From: an uncultured Gemmatimonadaceae bacterium | GTDB lineage: Bacteria; Gemmatimonadota; Gemmatimonadetes; Gemmatimonadales; Gemmatimonadaceae | Direction: 5' to 3' | Length of the DNA: 64,000 nt | NCBI GenBank assembly: GCA_963740355.1 | Contig: CAVUDW010000003.1 | Span: forward strand, 1,440,001 to 1,504,000 | Shown: one piece after another, positions 18,476-30,370 of the stretch | Numbering within the stretch: position 1 is the first letter of the stretch | Layout of the letters: each line of letters starts with the position of its first letter | Made by a program: the position numbers and the translations under genes | Notes under the pieces: model-generated | What the model was told of the DNA's origin: nothing | What the model saw: only the letters and a program-made list of their open reading frames with translations | Databases searched by the model: none

Positions 18476-19552
18476 TCACACCTCACCGCGGAGCAGCAGC
18501 GCGGACAGCGCGGTCCGGTTCGCGACTCCCAGCTTGCGCAGCACACTCGACACCTGATTACGCGCCGTGGATCGCTGCGTGCCGAGGCGCTCCGCGATTG
18601 CGGGGTTCGACAACCCCTCAGCCGCCAGCCGCGCGACCTGCATCTCACGAGCGGTCACTCCATATCGCGCCGCGAGTTCCGTACCGCCCAGCGGTCGTGT
18701 GAAGATCGGTGCTGCGGCGACCAGCACCAGCGGTGCCGCACCGAGCAGCCCCTCCGGCGCGAGTCGCGCTTCCACGCGCCAGCGTACACCGCACGGCAGC
18801 ACCACCTCGATCGCCATTGGTTCAGGATGTGGCACGACTACCGCCTGCGCAGCGAAGGTCCTTGCCGCGCGTGTGAGCGCTGCGCCGAGTGGATCGGCAA
18901 CCAGCAGGTCGGCGCAGAGTCCGTTGGTCGCTGTCTGGAGCGCGGCATTCGATGCGACGTGCGAGCGCAGCGCAGGGCTGGCGCGCACGAATGAGCCCGT
19001 CAGGTCGAAGAGCGCCAGTGGCTGTCCGAGCGCATCCAGTAACGCCAGCAGCTCGGCGCTGACATCATCCGCACGAGTCGCGGGGCGCTCATCGCCGTCT
19101 GCGAGCCAGCGTCGCGCATCGTCGGCCCACGTGGTGCCATGCAGCGCGTTGAAGTATCGCTCCGTCGCGTACGCCCCGGGCACCGCACGTGCGCTCACGC
19201 GCGTGAGCAGCAGGATGCGCGGATCGTCGCTCACGACGGCCGAGCGACGCGCGCCGTGCTCACGGCACCATGCCATGGTGCGCCGCACCACATCGGCCAC
19301 TCGTCCGTCGTACGGCTCCTGTCCTCGCAGGTCCACCAGCACGTCGAACACCGCCGCGCCGTCAGCGCGGACACGCGCCATCAGGTCGCGCGGCACGGCG
19401 AGCGCGCCGGCAAACGTCACTGCGCCGGTATTCCGGATGTAGTAGCCGTACTCGGTACGTTGGTTGGTCGCTGGCACGCGGAGAAACTGGACGTCGTCGG
19501 CAGGGAGACGTGATGCAGTCTCGAGCATCGCGTCGATCGTGATGAGTCACAT
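18476..19552 (-). CDS. LuxR-type HTH transcriptional regulator with an N-terminal sensor region
   Basis: C-terminal VTAREMQVARLAAEGLSNPAIAERLG..TARNQVSSVLRKLGV; start uncertain (19528-19558). Confidence 0.8.
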
Positions 19553-19727
19553 GACACATGTGCCGCCGCGCTGCGTGGCGTACGTTCGCGACGTCGGCTG
19601 GCTCGGTGCATCCCTACGTATTGGCGCGCCCGTGGTTTCTGATCGGGGCGTGGCACGCGGAACGACCATCGCGCCAGTCCGTGCGTGCGCTCCTGCGCCG
19701 CACCGTCACTCTACAGCCAGCCCCACG

Positions 19728-20149
19728 ATGCGCTCGATATTTCATGCGGTCCGCGGCACGATCATCCCGCTCGCACTTGGCTCGTATGGTTTAGCCGCAT
19801 GCTCTACTGCACCGACAGGCACGCCCTTGTCCGGACGCCTCTCCGGCACGGTGACGGTCGTGGGCGATGCGCTGCCTGAGCCGGCCTCGGGTGGCGCGCA
19901 GGTGTACCTGCTCCGCTCGCCCTATACGCGCAAGGCGGACGCCGTCGCGCGCGCGCGATGACGGGCGGCCCTCGCACGTTCAGCTTCGCACTCGAGATGC
20001 TTCCGCCAGGCACGTACTACATCGAGGCGTGCATTACGGTCGCGCAGAGCGTTGGATGCGCACCGTACACGGCCGGCGACCCACTCGGCCGCACCGCGCC
20101 GATCGTCATCAGGAGCGGCGAGGAGACGAGCGTTCAGGTACGCTTCTGA
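19728..20149 (+). CDS. Small hypothetical lipoprotein (frameshifted near 19955)
   Basis: MRSIFH..LAAC lipobox in one frame, continuing as 'FSFALEMLPPGTYYIEAC' in another. Confidence 0.5.
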
Positions 20150-20283
20150 TCACCGTGGCACTGTGCCAACTCGCGAGCTCCTGGACGCGCAACGATCTCG
20201 CATGATCCGCAGTGCACTCGATCACACACAGGCAAGCGCGCGTTGCACCGCGCTGTGCACACACGACGCTGGCCGCGCGCGAC

Positions 20284-22010
20284 TCAGCCGCGGCGTTCGA
20301 ACCGCAGGTTGCGAATGAGCCCTGCCGAGACGAGCAGCGCGGTGACGCGCCCATCGCTGCCTCGCTCGAAGCGCAGCCGATCGAAGTAGAACCGGCCGCC
20401 ACGGAACTCATCGCGTGTGGCCTGCGACGCGAGTGGCAGCCGCCCGTGACGCCGGTGTCGCGCCGTGAGCCCATCACCCTCGACCGCGATCACGTATTCC
20501 GTCTCGAGTTCCGGGCTGTAGTAGCGCCCTGCGTATTGCGTGAGCTCGGCCGGTGCGGGCCGCCACGGCTCTGGCGCGGCCTCGGCGGGATACCCGCAGG
20601 CGTCGGGGGCGGAATTGACGCGACCGTGTTCTGCGCTGGGCGCATGCGGTTGCCGAAGAACGACTCGGCGACCTCGTTCAGCATGCCGGCGGCATCGAAT
20701 GCCGAGGAGTTGCTGAGCACCACTACGCCAGCGTCGAGCGTCGGATACCAGGCCACCATCGCGCGGTAGCCGGCGTCGGCGCCGCCGTGCTGCAATCGCC
20801 GCAATCCGCGATGCTCGTCACCACCAGGCCGAGTGCATACGCGATCGTGTCACCGCTCGCGAGCGCGCCTCGCTCCTGCATACGTCGCATCACGCCGGGC
20901 CACCGATGCGCCCGGTGCCCATGTTCGCGAGCCAGCGCGTCAGGTCGCCGGCGGTGGTGTGCACGCTGGTCGCGCCCCAATTGGCAAAGCTCAGCACCGC
21001 GCGGCGCTGGCCAGTGCTGGAGGGCTGGTGCGGGTCAGCTCGCCGCGGCTCGATGCGTTCGTGATCGTCGTCCACCGCAGTGGAATTCATGCCGAGTGGC
21101 TTGAACACGGTGCGTTGCATGTACGCGGCGAACGGTTCGCCTGCGACGCGCGCCACCACCTCCGCCAAAAGCATGCAGTTCGTGTTGCTGTACTGGTGCT
21201 CGACCCGGGGCGTGAAGTCGAGCGCGCGCTGACGCCGCACGAGCTCGAGCAGGTTCTCTTGCGTGATCACGTCGTCCAGCCGTCCGCCGCCCATCTCCCA
21301 GAGCACCCACTGGTCACGCAGCCCGCTCGTGTGATGCAGCAGGTGGCGCAGCGTGATCGTGGCACGGAAGTCCGCACCTCGGGCAGGTACTTGCGCACGT
21401 CGTCTTCGAGCGAGAGACGCCCCTCCTCAGCGAGGCGCGCGATGGCGAACGCCGTGAACTGCTTGGACACCGATGCGAAATGAGACGGAGGTGCCGAGTT
21501 CGGGATGCCGTGCTCCAGGTTCGCCATGCCGTACGCTTTCGTGAATACGGAGTCCGGCCCGCACCACGGCGATCACCGCGCCGGGCGCATCGGGTCGATC
21601 GTGCACGCGCATCAGTTGATCGACCTGCCCGCTGCGGTGCGTGCCACGGGTTCGACGCGCTCGACGGCGAACGCATAGCGGCCACTCGCACCCTCGAACG
21701 GGCGCAGTTCGATGCGATACCGTCCGCGCTGGTGGCGAGAAGCGGAACGATTCCGGCCCACGCGCTGGACCGTGAACTTGCCGGCGACCCGGCCTGGTCG
21801 ATCTCGCGCCACCATCACATCGACGCTTTGCTGATCGGCCACCGCCCATACCATCTGGTCGCGACCCAGCACGAGCAGGTACATGCGCTGGGCGCCGGCG
21901 ATGTCACGAACGAGTGGCCGGGCCGAGTCATCACCTCCGGCGCCGGGGGCCTGCGCCGGCAGTTGCGTTACGCCAAGCGCGATGTTGAGCGAGTGGGCAA
22001 TTCTCATCAA
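20284..22010 (-). pseudogene. Serine hydrolase/beta-lactamase-family gene with multiple frameshifts (pseudogene or consensus errors)
   Basis: Fragments in different frames: APGAVIAVV, FASVSKQFTAFAI, HQYSNTN, LQHGGADAGYRA, GLIRNLRFER. Confidence 0.7.
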
Positions 22011-22399
22011 TGTGCGGGCATGCGTGAAGCGGTCTGCGAGAGGCCAGCTTCAGCGTCGTGGAACAAGCGCGACGCGCGCGACAGTGCGCGGGCAGCGACG
22101 GACGAAGACATCGGTCAGCCTGTTCGGGAATCGGGAACGTGCACGTGGCACCGCCGGGAGTGGCGGACGTGTCACGCTAGCCGACCGGCGCTCTCCAGCG
22201 CATGGTGCAGGTGTCCCATGGGCCATGGCGGTCGCAGTGCGCTCGGCAAGTGGACGATGTCGGCGCCACCCTCCGGCGATGGACGCCGAAGCGGCTATTG
22301 CCGATGGCGAAAGCGACGGATGGTCACACCGTTAAATCAACGCTGCTAAAGATGTCTCTCGATGCATCCGCACTGCCAGAATGCAGATCTTTCGACGGC

Positions 22400-23463
22400 T
22401 CTGGCCCGCTTCGCGCGGGGACCACGTGCTGACTGGCCGAGCCCCGTGGCGTGACGCGCATCGAGAACACGCCGAGCAACAGCATGATGATGTTGGCACT
22501 CCACATGGCCAGCGCTGGCGAAATCGCCGAACGATCCGCGAGGTGTTCACCGGTGATGACGCACACGTAGTAGCTGGCGAAGACGACGAAGCTGATGCCG
22601 GCCTGTGCCCAGAGGCTGAGCGTGGCGCGCGACTCGCGATCCCTGCGGCGAGCAGGGCCAGCACCACGCACGCAGCGGCGAGTGCGAGCTTTTTCTGATC
22701 TCGACCTCATAGTTCGCAACCGAGGCGCCGTCGGCTTCCGTTTCCGTCTCGCCACGCGACACGCTGACCAGCCGCTTCTCCGCCTGGCGCAATTCGCGAA
22801 GGGTCATGCTGCGGTCAGTGGGGCAACCGGGTCACCTGCGTACATCGCCTGCAATCGCAGGTTCGCGCGCGGACCAGCTCGGCATTCAGGGCGAGGCAGC
22901 AGAGCGCGACAGCGGACGACATGACCGATGACGGGTGCTAGTCGGGGCGGCGGTGCACCGGCGGCGCGACGGATCGTCGCGTGCTCGACGTTGACCTGCG
23001 GCAGGCCGCCCACAGCACCGCGATGAACACGACATCGGGATCGTGAACGCGGCCGTGTACGGGATCGAGAACAGCATGACATCGAACCATGTACCAGTGA
23101 GGGGAGCGACCGCGCGCGTCGCCGCGGCCTTCGCGACGAACAGCGTCGTCAGCACGACGCTTGTCACGAGGAATGCGAGCGCGGTGCTGCCGCAGCTTCA
23201 CGACGTTCGCCGTAGCAGCGCCCGCCGCTCCTCGGAGAGCCGCTCGTAGACTCCGCGACGGGCGAGGTCCGCCAGCCCGCGAGGCCCGCGACCCACACGG
23301 CGCGCCGGCCATCGGGTGCGCTGCGTCGGAGTTCACGCTCGAACAGCTCGAGCATCGCGTCACCCTGTCGTACGCGAAGCCGTTTGGCAGCAGCGGGAGC
23401 AGCGCGCGATACGCGCGGTGCCAGAACCGTGGGCGGCGTCGCCTTCCGTCGTGGCGCGTCATG
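22400..23463 (-). pseudogene. LptF/LptG-family permease paralogue, frameshifted, apparently lacking the periplasmic domain
   Basis: Fragments 'FSIPYTAAFTIPMS', 'RANLRL', 'MTLRELR', 'YEVEIRK', 'YYVCVITGEHLAD..AMWSAN' align by eye with LptF at 50998-52848. Confidence 0.65.
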
Positions 23464-23785
23464 CGCCGGCCACCTGCGCCGACAACCTCGCGCGCGCCGT
23501 TCGGGCCATCGACTCCAGTCGGCTGCATTCGGCTTCGAGCGAGACACGTCCCGCCGCCGGTGATCCGGTAGAAGCGTCCCGACCCGAGCCGCCGTCCGGG
23601 CGGTCCGACTCGTCGAGTTCCTCGATCCACGCGAGTCGCACCAGCTCCTCGATCGATCCGTACAGCGTCGCGGGCCAGAGGCGGACGGCGCCGTCACTCA
23701 GTCGACGCGCGTCGTCCTGAATCGCGGTGCCGTAGCGGGGGCCGGGGGCGAGGGCGAGGAGGATGTAGAACCAGTTGGGCTTCAT
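23459..23785 (-). CDS. PadR family transcriptional regulator (local frameshift in the C-terminal half)
   Basis: FYILLALAPGPRYGTAI...LWPATLYGSIEELVRLAWIEE; 'RFYRITG' in an adjacent frame. Confidence 0.8.
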   Translation of the reverse strand: MKPNWFYILLALAPGPRYGTAIQDDARRLSDGAVRLWPATLYGSIEELVRLAWIEELDESDRPDGGSGRDASTGSPAAGRVSLEAECSRLESMARTARARLSAQVAGA

Positions 23786-23815
23786 CGTTGGTCTCGGAGG
23801 TGTACTATACCAAAG

Positions 23816-23837
23816 CATACTATCTTTGCATAGTATG
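23816..23837. promoter_or_regulatory. Palindromic operator upstream of padR
   Basis: CATACTAT-ctttgc-ATAGTATG perfect 8-bp inverted repeat 30 bp upstream of the ATG, with a partial second copy (TACTATAC) at 23803. Confidence 0.65.
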
Positions 23838-24153
23838 TCTCAGATTATGAAGTGTCGCCGCACATCAGCGTGGCCCGGGAGGTAACGAGCGCCACCCCCG
23901 ACGTCGGTTGCGGACGAGTCCGTCGTGAACGCGCAGCGATCGGGCTCTGAGGTGCCCGTCACGCACCGGAAAGTGACGATATTTTCGCAGAAAGTACTTT
24001 TGTCCCGGACATCTTCGTTGATCTTGGAATCAGACTCGCTGTCGCACTGCGATCGGTTGCTGTTCGACGCAGAAGGATGGTATGGTGTCCAAGTCGGGGC
24101 GATTCTTGCCACGCTGACGCGACACGCGCTTCAATCCTGAGGGTAGAAGTGGG

Positions 24154-25667
24154 ATGACGTCATCTCATGCGCAAACGCTGGGTGTCTGCCGGCGACTGTC
24201 GGCGCTGACAGCTGCGCTTCGTCTCGCGTACTGCTTCACGTTCTTCGCTCCGATGGTAGCATTCACAGGCAACGATTCGGGGCGTCGTTCACGACAGCCT
24301 GGCCGGTTCCGTCCTCCCCAGCGCTGCGATCCGCGTCGTGGCGGCCGCGACACCATGGACGGAAGGGTTCGCGACGACGAGCGACACCACCGGCCACTTT
24401 GCGACTCTCTGGTCTCGGAGCCGGCCGCTATCTCATCGGCTTCTCGCACCCTCGGCTTGATTCGCTGGGATTCGATGCGGTGTCGCGCACAATTGAGATT
24501 GCGACCCTGCAGCGACGTGACGCTGATGCTTGGCGTGCCGAGTGCTCGCTCGATTTCGCGTGCGTTGTGCGGTGAGCTGAAGAATCGTCCGGCGTCGTGT
24601 TCGGTCGGGTATACCGCGCGGAGAATGGCCAGTCGGCATCGGCAGGGTACGTGAGCGTCAGCTGGCGCGAGCTTAGCATGGATTCGGGGACACGGCGGCT
24701 GGACGAGCGACGCCTCCAGGCGAGCTTGACTGACGACGGACGATATGTGCTGTGCGGCGTTCCGACGGACGTCACTGTTACTGGATCCGCCCATCTGCTT
24801 GCACCCGACAGCAGTGTCATCGCGTCCACAGGCTCGATCGATCTCGCGTTCAGCGATTCCTCGACGACGCTGCATCGAAGCTTCATCGTTGGGGCCGAAC
24901 AGGATCGCGGCGCGTCGGATAGCACCGTCGGGGCAGAGATGCGCTGGCGCAGCTCGTGGGGCGGGTCATGGACGATGGCGGACGTCCGATGGCGAGCGCA
25001 CGCTTCGCCGTGCTAGGTGCGGGGTGGCGACTCCGTGGCGCTGACCGACTCGCTCGGCCGCTTTCGCGTCAACGTGGCGCATGGTGGCACGTACTCGGTC
25101 GCGATCAGCAGGATCGGTTTTACGAACTCGCCACTCCGTGGATTCTCGACCGTGACACGGCGCACGTGAGCTATGCACTGACGCGTCAGGCATTCGAGCT
25201 GGAGGGCGTGACGGTGTCGGCACGGGCGTCGATGGAGCAGGCCGGATCGACCGTCGCCGTGAAACGCGGAGGGGATTCTTCCTCGACCGTGAGCGATCGC
25301 GTCGAGTGGCGCGATTTTTTTTCCTCGCGAGTTCTCGGCTCGGATGTTGATGCAATGGGGATCGAATGAAGCCGGGCGTCCCGTCATCACGGGCCCACTG
25401 CAGTGTACGCCGCTGCTGTTCGTCGACGGCGTGCCGACCGCGATGCCGGTGTACAGAAAGTCAGCAGGCTATACGCCGTTCACGAAGGAACAGTCGCGGT
25501 TCGGCGCACCGACTGACGCTGTCGTGCCTGACGTGGACAATGCAATTCCGCTGGCCGAGGTGGGTGGCGTCGAGGTGTATGCACCAGGGGAGGCACCCGC
25601 GCGATTCACGGGCACCGCACGCTGTTCGAGCATCGTCATCTGGAGTCGGGCGCTGGTGCGGCACTAA
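24154..25667 (+). pseudogene. Carboxypeptidase-regulatory-like / TonB-plug-like secreted protein, multiply frameshifted
   Basis: 'TDDGRYVLCGVPTD', 'TDSLGRFRV', 'ELEGVTVSA', 'CTPLLFVDG..GVEVYAPGEAPARF..CSSIVIWSR'. Confidence 0.55.
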
Positions 25668-25773
25668 ACGAAGAAACTCACTTTCTAGGGGGCTATTTAC
25701 CATTCACGTCGGAGCTTCTCACACTGCAGATAGAAGCCCAAAACCGTGTCGCAAGGCCGTGCATGCCGACATG
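25666..25773. repeat. Left copy of a ~110 bp degenerate direct repeat (partner at 44275-44386)
   Basis: AAACGAAGAAAC..TTTCT..CGGAGC..CACACTG..GATAGA..CAAAACCrTGTCGmAAGrCCGTGCAyGCCGACATG is shared; about 70-75% identity by manual alignment. Confidence 0.8.
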
Positions 25774-27385
25774 GATGTCGGCTGTAGGCTGGGTCGCGGT
25801 GTCCACACTACCTGATCACTACACATGAACGGCAGCGGCTACATGCTGCTTCGGCAGGAGGGCGATGGACGTTTCTCCGCCTATCGCCGACGTGCGATAG
25901 CAGAGTGGTACACTTCCGTGAATGACGAGGACGGCCACTACGCGATGGGCGACACCGCGAAGCCACGCCGGTCCAGCTATGGTACACGGAACAAAATTCC
26001 GCCGATCACAAGCGCCGCGACACCGCCGAGGCCGAGCTCGCGTTGCAGTTGACTCCACAGCAGTACGCTGCGCGCCAGCTCGTGCAAGTCTGCCCACGCT
26101 CTTGTCAGCCTAACCGGCGGTGCCCACCGCCATCGTGGTGTGCACGGTCCGCACGACTGGCGTCGGTTCGGAAGGCGCCACCGCGAATGCCAAGGCGGCG
26201 CGAGCGGGGCATTGGTCGGTTGGGCTGTGTGTGGTGCGGCGGAATGGATTTAGTACCAGCGAATTCCAACCACGGTCACAACGGTCCGGTCCGCGGCGTC
26301 ACTCCTCAGTTACGGCTCTGGCACGAACAGTGAACCGGAATATTCGTGCGCAATTCGTAACCTTTGCCGAATTCGCCGCGTGCCCGACGGCCACTAGCCG
26401 GTGACGAGGCGCTTGCCGTCTTCAGCGCGAGCTGGGCTGCGGCCTCACTGACCGCCGTCGTCACCCTCGACAACGGCGGTAGATCCTGGTGTCGTCGGCC
26501 TGTGCAAAGCCTTACTGGAAGCGCGTGGATGGTTGAGCGATGTGGGACGCTGATCAAGTAGGAATGGCCCGAGTAGTCGTGGACATTCGCGAGACTAGCA
26601 AAGTCGCCAGCTCAACTACACCGACTTCACGTGCGCTTCGGTGCGAACCACACGCGGCCCCGGAAACGGCAACTAGCAGCGATAGCCGTCGTAGTTCGCG
26701 CCATCAACATTCTGAGAGCAGATTCAAGAGGTCGCCGGTGTTCATGTGATGGATTATTGAGCCCTTGTACTTCCCTCCACGCACCAGATCAACCGCCGCA
26801 TCGAGTTCGTGCGTCGCCCTCATGACGGAGTAAGGACCATTGTGGTCAATACACGATCCCACACTCCGTCGACTCCTTATCAGGGCTCGCTGGTAGAGCG
26901 CCATCGAAAGAGTGTGAGGCGTCAACGATCGAATAGCTGTCGCTGGCGATCTGCGGATTTGCATCGAAGGGCATTCGTGTCAGTCACTTTCGCTTCCATT
27001 GTGTGAGGGGAATGGCTCGCCCTGCATATCTGACATCGCAAACCCAATACTAACCGCGGAACTATAGCTGGAAAGGCGCGCTGCCAGCTCTATTTCTGCT
27101 TTGTTACACATCAGGGGCTAAATTGCGTTCTCTGGCCCCTAGTAGCAGCCATTACGGTATTGTCGCGATTTAATCGTGAGCTTGGAATACTCGCTCGCGG
27201 CAGCGTAAAACCCGAGGCGGCGCCTCGCTCTTCGCTGACTGTCGCCGCGATCCGCACTTCCCTCCGTACCCTGGCGATCACCTGCCCCGGATAGATCCAC
27301 TACAACCCTACCGGATATCTTGCGTAAATCGCGCCGCGGCAGGCGTCACCGCGGCATTTCATCGGACACTTCACGCGAGCGCACC

Positions 27386-28430
27386 ATGCCCCAGCTCATG
27401 TACCATTGCGGCTGTCACCAGCCCCGGCTGGCTTTCAGGCTCCAGGCACCCTGCAGTCAGTGCGCAGCCCCCGCCATTCGCCATGGTTGGCACCTCGGTA
27501 TGTATGGGGCGATGGCACCAGTACCAAGGTTCTATGGGTTCAAAGCGATGGGAGAGCACCGCGCGTCCCCCTCGACGCGCTCCTCGGCCCGCACCGCGCT
27601 CGCTGCGCGCGGCGTGTGTGGGCGCCGGCATCGTCGACTCCAGTGATCCCGCAGGCTGGCGTGCGTGTGACGCATGCGAGGGACACGGCAGTGTATGGGA
27701 CGAGCGCCCCTAACGTTGTCGACACAGCGCGCGTCGCAGGCATATACCCCGACGCCGTCGTACTGACCCGGACGCCGCCCCCGACTTCCCGCCATCTCTT
27801 TTTCAACGTGAGATCGTCGACCATCATAGACCTGCGCGATGCCTCTCCGCTGCGCACGATGGACTCGTCCTGGGGCCCCCGAGATCCGAGCGACAGGGAT
27901 CCACACGGCCGGCCCCGACGCGGACTCCAGCCCGGACACTGACGAGGAAGAGCCGGAGTATGTGAGACCCATCCGCTGGCCGCCGGCGGCGTGTATGCGA
28001 GCTTCGACAGCAGCAGACGTGGCGCCGCTGGTGGCCAACGATGCGGAAGTGAATCGGCGAGCTCGCCCTGTGCAAAGACCAATTTCTGGCCGAGCAACTT
28101 CGGCGAGTACGCATGGGCGGCTTCGACGCGGAGGATACAGCGTGGGATTCTCGGCTTGGGCACGGACTGGTATGGCGTCTTGGCGATGAATGCTTGGGCG
28201 GAAGACGATGTCAAAACTGCGCTGGTAGGAACGGAACGCTGTGGGCTCGGGCAGGGAGGTTCGAGGTGCACGCCACGGTCGTCGTCGTGACTCTTGTTGA
28301 TGGCCCGGCCGTCGCGGAGGTGGTCGGCGTGTGCAAGGATTTCCACGAAGCCGAATGGATGCTCGGGCGCTATGGACAACCTACATCAGTCCGATGGGCG
28401 GCGCCCGGTCATTTTCCACCCGCACGCTGA
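27386..28430 (+). pseudogene. Cys-rich Zn-finger hypothetical protein, copy A (frameshifted)
   Basis: MPQLMYHCGC..CSQC..GWH..AMA..FYGFKAMGEH..LLGPHR..GWRACDACEGHG..YPDAV..DWYG..W..VVGVCKDFHEAEWML; colinear with 31617-32630. Confidence 0.7.
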
Positions 28431-28577
28431 CTGCGGGACGCCGGAACTGTTCAGCCGGATGCCCGGTCGTGGACTCTTTGTGGAACCATGGCCACGCAGT
28501 TCGGCGTGTTAACGCTACCATCCGCACCTGCCGCACGGTACGCGCAGTTCCGTCACGTAACCCGGTGAATGTCGCCG

Positions 28578-29263
28578 CTACGGTATCGTGTCACATGCCA
28601 GGCCAAGCCGGCCATTCGCACCACGCTTCGTGCGAGCAGCCTGCGCGCGACGACTCATGTACTGCAAATGCTGTCGTCGAAGTGCGCGCGATTCATACCC
28701 AGGAGGTCTCCGCGGCATTGATCGTCGTCTGGGCTCCCCGATGCCAACCGCGGTGACGCCGGCCAAATCTAGAAAGCCGAACAGGTGACGGTCCATGGCG
28801 CTTTCGGGCAGGCCCACCAGAATCTTGAAGTAGTCCGCCGTCTTCGGGCCGATCCCGGCAGTCGTCTGGACCTTGACGATGCCTTCGCGATGCCCAGCCA
28901 CTCTCGAAGGTCGGCCTCGGTCTCCACGCCTTCCTGCGTGAAGAGCGCCAGCACGGCCTCGAAGCGCGCGGCCCGAATGGGGTCGTTCACCCCAAGGAAA
29001 TCGATAGTGGACGTGGACCGCAGGATCGCCAGCGCGGCGGCAGTTGTCGATACGGCACGGAAAGGGCCATCGGTTCCGAATCCGCTGCACGCGTGGCGTC
29101 ACAAAGGAGACGTAGTGGCGATTCGCTTGGAGGATCGCGTCCGCGACGGTCGCGCCGATGTGGTCGTATGAGGACCCTCATACATCCGGAAGTCCGGGAG
29201 GCCACCGACATACGTCACAAGGCGTTCGGCGGAAGCACGGATCGCAGCTCGGTCGGGTGACAT
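28578..29263 (-). pseudogene. Helix-hairpin-helix (HhH-GPD glycosylase-like) protein, frameshifted
   Basis: 'AGIGPKTADYFKILVGLPESAMDRHLFGFL' gives an HhH hairpin plus a conserved D-R-H; N-terminal 'IGATVADAILQA'. Confidence 0.55.
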
Positions 29264-29419
29264 TCGCGGTCCAGTCGCCAGAGAGCGTTGAAATTCTATC
29301 TCGGCCAGAGCTGCCGAATGGCGCAAGGGGTTTGTCGGAGAGCGTATTGCACTTCGTCGACACAGGTACACCTTGTATCTAATAGCGCCTTCGCGCCCAT
29401 CCCACACTCCTGCTGCGAC

Positions 29420-30370
29420 ATGCCAGAGCAAGACGACGAAACCCTGCAGGCGCTCTATGCGCAACGATGGGCAGATCCTGCAATCGGCACGGCGCTCGAC
29501 CACATCGTTCCCGGCGACCGGCTTCGACGACTCGTGAGTCGGAGGATGGCTGACGGCCTTCTGCGGGTCCACGCCCTGATCCCTGACCGCTGGGGAATCT
29601 CCGATGGGGTAGATTTTGTCCGGCTGAACGTCGGTCGCGCCGAGGCGATGTGTATCGACAACTACGGCGTGCTGCTGATGGTGCACGAGCCGACCGTCGC
29701 ACGCGTGGGACGCGGCACGGTGCTGGACGATCTTGACCACACGGCAAAGGGGGCATACCTAAGCATTCCGGACTCGGTATATGTGACCATCCCATGGCAC
29801 AATGAGCCCAGCGACATCACGAGATACCTCGAGCGCCTTCGCGAAGCGCACGAGGCCCATCTGGCCATCGCGGTCAAGACGGGAATGAACGGGATGACAC
29901 GGAAAAGGGACACCACCCCGGTCTGCTAGACATGATTGCAGCGACCGCGGGCATCAAGCTGCCGCAGCCGACGTACGTGAGGGTCTCGCCGCCAACCGCG
30001 ACGACGACCGCCGAAGAGACGCCTTCGCAAGGCGGGCCGCATCCTGGGTGGAAGAAGTCCGGCATGAGGTGACCCTGTCGCGTGTCGAGCGGAACCCGCG
30101 TCTCCGACACGACTGCATCGAAGAGTACGGGACCCGATGTCAGTGCTGCGACACCGATCTGGGGGAGGTGTACGGCCCTGTCGCGGTTGGACTGATTCAC
30201 GTCCGCCACTGCATCCGGCGTCACAAGGTGTCAGAGAGACGGACCCGATCCGAGACCTGCGCCCGGTCTGCGCGAATTGCCACATGGTCATCCACGCGGT
30301 CGGCGAACTGCGATCGGTCGAGGAGGTCAGCGCAATGTTCAAAGCGCACGGGATGCGCGGCCGTGCTTGA
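29420..30370 (+). pseudogene. HNH endonuclease (McrA-like C-terminus) with an unknown N-terminal domain, frameshifted
   Basis: ERNPRLRHDCIEEYGTRCQCC...VYG..IHV.H...DPIRDLRPVCANCHMVIH. Confidence 0.75.
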
